Source: a virus
IMG/VR virus record: IMGVR_UViG_3300033555_000005
Location: 1,366 to 65,365 of that record
Length of the DNA: 64,000 bases
Strand: one strand, 5' to 3'
Shown here: positions 62,253 through 64,000 of the stretch, piece after piece
Numbering within the stretch: the first letter of the stretch is position 1
Layout of the letters: every line of letters starts with the position of its first letter
Notes under the pieces: model-generated
Told to the model about the DNA's origin: nothing
Database searches by the model: none
Seen by the model: the letters and a program-made list of their open reading frames with translations, nothing else
Translations under genes and position numbers: made by a program

Positions 62253-62762
62253 CTAGTAGCTCACTCTCGAGAAGGGGTACTGGTTGATGACGAGTCGGTC
62301 AAGTGTCTGGCCGAAGCTCTTGTTGCGCTTGAGAGCGCGCCAGTCCGCTGCCGGAACGCCTTCGTAGGCGTAGGTTCCGCCGTTGCGGAAGCGGACCGTC
62401 AGCAGCTTGCGGTCCGGGTCGTACCTCGCCTCACGCGCCCGCGGCCGCTCGGTCGCGATGCTGTTCGGCGGCGACAGCACCTCGGTGCGGTCAACGACCT
62501 CCTGCACGGGATCCAGAAGACCCAGCTCAGCCTGGTCGAACAGTGAGAGCTGGGTGCCGCCCGGCACCGGCTGCGCGCCGGGTGTGCGCCGGTTCTCACC
62601 AGGAGCCGCGTCGGTGTTGGTGCGGCGCAGCTCCTCGTTGATCCCGACCCTGGCCGGGTTGTTCGAGCGGGTGCGCCGAAGACCGGTCGGCCGCCGGCCA
62701 GATGCCCGCATCCCGGCGGCAAGCGCCTCTCCGAGGTCACCGTTGAAGCCACTGCGTGCCAC
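62253..62762 (-). CDS. KTSC-domain protein
   Basis: ARYDPDRKLLTVRFRNGGTYAYEGVP..DWRAL...SFG. Confidence 0.85.
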   Translation of the reverse strand: MARSGFNGDLGEALAAGMRASGRRPTGLRRTRSNNPARVGINEELRRTNTDAAPGENRRTPGAQPVPGGTQLSLFDQAELGLLDPVQEVVDRTEVLSPPNSIATERPRAREARYDPDRKLLTVRFRNGGTYAYEGVPAADWRALKRNKSFGQTLDRLVINQYPFSRVSY

Positions 62763-62835
62763 TGCTTACCTCCTGATGCGCGCGGCCCCGCCCCCGCGGG
62801 TGCAGGAACGGGGCCACGAGCTGAGCCAGTCTGAG

Positions 62836-63357
62836 CTAGCGGGCCTTGGGGGCCTTGCCGCCGGCGTTGGTGTCGTCGTCGTCCTTGACGTCGGACTCCT
62901 TGGCGGGGGAGTCCGCGACGGCGGCCTTCTGCTTCTCCTTCACGACGCCGGCGTTGGTGCCGGTGCGCTCGCCGAGGTTCTTGAGCGAGTCCTCGGCCGA
63001 CGCGATCTGGTTGTCGTACGTCAGGACGGGGTCGCCCAGATCACGACGGAGCTGCGCGTTCGCGATGTCCTCGGCCGTCTTGCCCTGGACGTCGCGCTCG
63101 GCGTCCTCGGGGGTGTCGAGGATGAGGTACGCCGGGATCGTCACCGGCGGCAGGCCGTAGGCGATGGCGACGGCCGGGTCGGGCAGCTGGTCGACGCTGA
63201 AGACCTGGCCGGGGAGGCCGGCGTTGGAGTCGGCGACGCCGCCGGCCCCCTGCACAGTGGTGCCGACCTGCGGGTCCGCGAAGTCGACGGTCGCGCCGTA
63301 GCCGGTCGCGAGACCACGGCTTGCCTTGAGGTACTCGTCCTTGCTGGGGAGCGACAT
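62836..63357 (-). CDS. hypothetical protein (MSLPSKDEYL...)
   Basis: GAAGG RBS, strong codon bias. Confidence 0.75.
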   Translation of the reverse strand: MSLPSKDEYLKASRGLATGYGATVDFADPQVGTTVQGAGGVADSNAGLPGQVFSVDQLPDPAVAIAYGLPPVTIPAYLILDTPEDAERDVQGKTAEDIANAQLRRDLGDPVLTYDNQIASAEDSLKNLGERTGTNAGVVKEKQKAAVADSPAKESDVKDDDDTNAGGKAPKAR

Positions 63358-63409
63358 GTGCTCGCCTTCCGTGTTGGTGACGGGTGTCGAACGCGAGCGT
63401 AGAACCGCG

Positions 63410-63694
63410 CTACTGCTCGATCTGCGAGAGCACGTCGGGCATGAACGTGTCGATGACGACAGCACCGCCGCGGGGACCGCCCTTCTGCAGCCACACGCGC
63501 AGGTCGTGCAGCGCGACGTCAAGCTGCTCGAGCGGGTACTCGGTCGCCTCGCTGTCGTTCTCGTCGCGGTCGAACAGCGTGAGGAAGACGCGCAGCGAAG
63601 TTTCGACGTCGTTCTTGCCGACGCCGCCACTGCCCTCCTCGAACGCGTGCAGCAGGTCGGGAGCAGTCACCGTCGCGGCCGTGCGGGGATCCAT
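63410..63694 (-). CDS. hypothetical protein (MDPRTAAT...)
   Basis: TGATG coupling. Confidence 0.65.
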   Translation of the reverse strand: MDPRTAATVTAPDLLHAFEEGSGGVGKNDVETSLRVFLTLFDRDENDSEATEYPLEQLDVALHDLRVWLQKGGPRGGAVVIDTFMPDVLSQIEQ

Positions 63695-64000
63695 CAGCTC
63701 ACCAGCTCCTTCATGACGAGGCAGTCTCGCGCGTGGTCGCGCAGGTAGTCCGGGTCGAGCAGCTTGGCGCACAGCACGCAGCGGTGCATGACCAGGCAGT
63801 CGACGTGCACGAACGGCTGCTGCGCCGTCCACCCGCGCATCGACGTCTCAGGCGTCAGCACGGTGCCCGACCACGAGTCGAGCGGCTGTGCGTGCTCTCG
63901 CGCGGCCGGCAGCGCGTTGACGTAGATGCCCTGCCGCGCCTCCAGCTCGAGCATGTCGGCCTCGGAGTGGTACGGCAGCCGGCGTCGCTTGGACGTCGGG
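63694..64000 (-). CDS. hypothetical protein with CxxC...H (possibly 5'-truncated by window edge)
   Basis: frame open to right edge; HRCVLCAK...YLRDHARDC. Confidence 0.6.
   Translation of the reverse strand, partial: PTSKRRRLPYHSEADMLELEARQGIYVNALPAAREHAQPLDSWSGTVLTPETSMRGWTAQQPFVHVDCLVMHRCVLCAKLLDPDYLRDHARDCLVMKELVS

Noticed and set aside
4797-63630. ORF-track upstream starts (e.g. 6875, 9477, 13945, 28845, 33960, 56985, 63630)
   Set aside because: They extend into neighbouring genes; shorter starts with RBS or coupling overlaps fit better
1022-63832. Many long opposite-strand or alternate-frame ORFs in the track (e.g. 1022..2362+, 33783..35477+, 46950..48578+, 50233..51471+, 56814..57980+)
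   Set aside because: Shadow ORFs expected at this GC content; they overlap motif-supported genes and lack RBS or motifs
1-64000. tRNA, integrase, DNA polymerase, diversity-generating retroelement
   Set aside because: No cloverleaf/TTCGA arrangement, recombinase, polymerase or reverse-transcriptase motifs, and no TR/VR pair with A-specific mismatches noticed; tRNAscan-SE was not run

Overview
A 64-kb segment of a very GC-rich tailed phage genome with a contractile tail (myovirus). Codon usage, TANNNT-type promoters and protein families point to an actinobacterial host (inference). Almost everything from 4.8 to 59.4 kb is on the minus strand. In transcription order: small head-region genes and terminase large subunit (56.7-58.3 kb); a papain-like cysteine peptidase and a tightly coupled run of small enzyme-domain genes; portal; scaffold; N4-gp56-type major capsid; neck and accessory virion proteins; sheath, tube, chaperone, tape measure and baseplate; fibre genes; two holin-like genes; then a lambda-O/P-like replication block (initiator, DnaC-like loader, dCTP deaminase, DnaB, primase, SNF2 helicase). 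Early or host-takeover genes with a shared promoter motif lie at 0-4.8 kb and 59.5-61 kb. No integrase, DNA polymerase, endolysin, tRNA or CRISPR array is recognisable in this window. The most striking unexplained signal is eight small, His-rich, stand-alone enzyme-domain genes wedged among the head-assembly genes: 3 GNAT, 3 ParB/Srx, 1 Arr-like ADP-ribosyltransferase and 1 HDxxGH protein. They are mostly translationally coupled to their neighbours, five carry a terminal xxxQF tag (best form LG[RE]QF), and a cysteine protease sits upstream. This may be a capsid-packaged effector system. Other oddities: two HNH cassettes flanked by direct repeats, an antisense membrane-peptide gene inside the tail operon, a probable +1/-2 chaperone frameshift, an ATT start codon, nine perfect-phase 21-aa repeats, and nine consecutive baseplate/fibre genes in one reading frame. 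All family assignments are by motif recognition, not database search.
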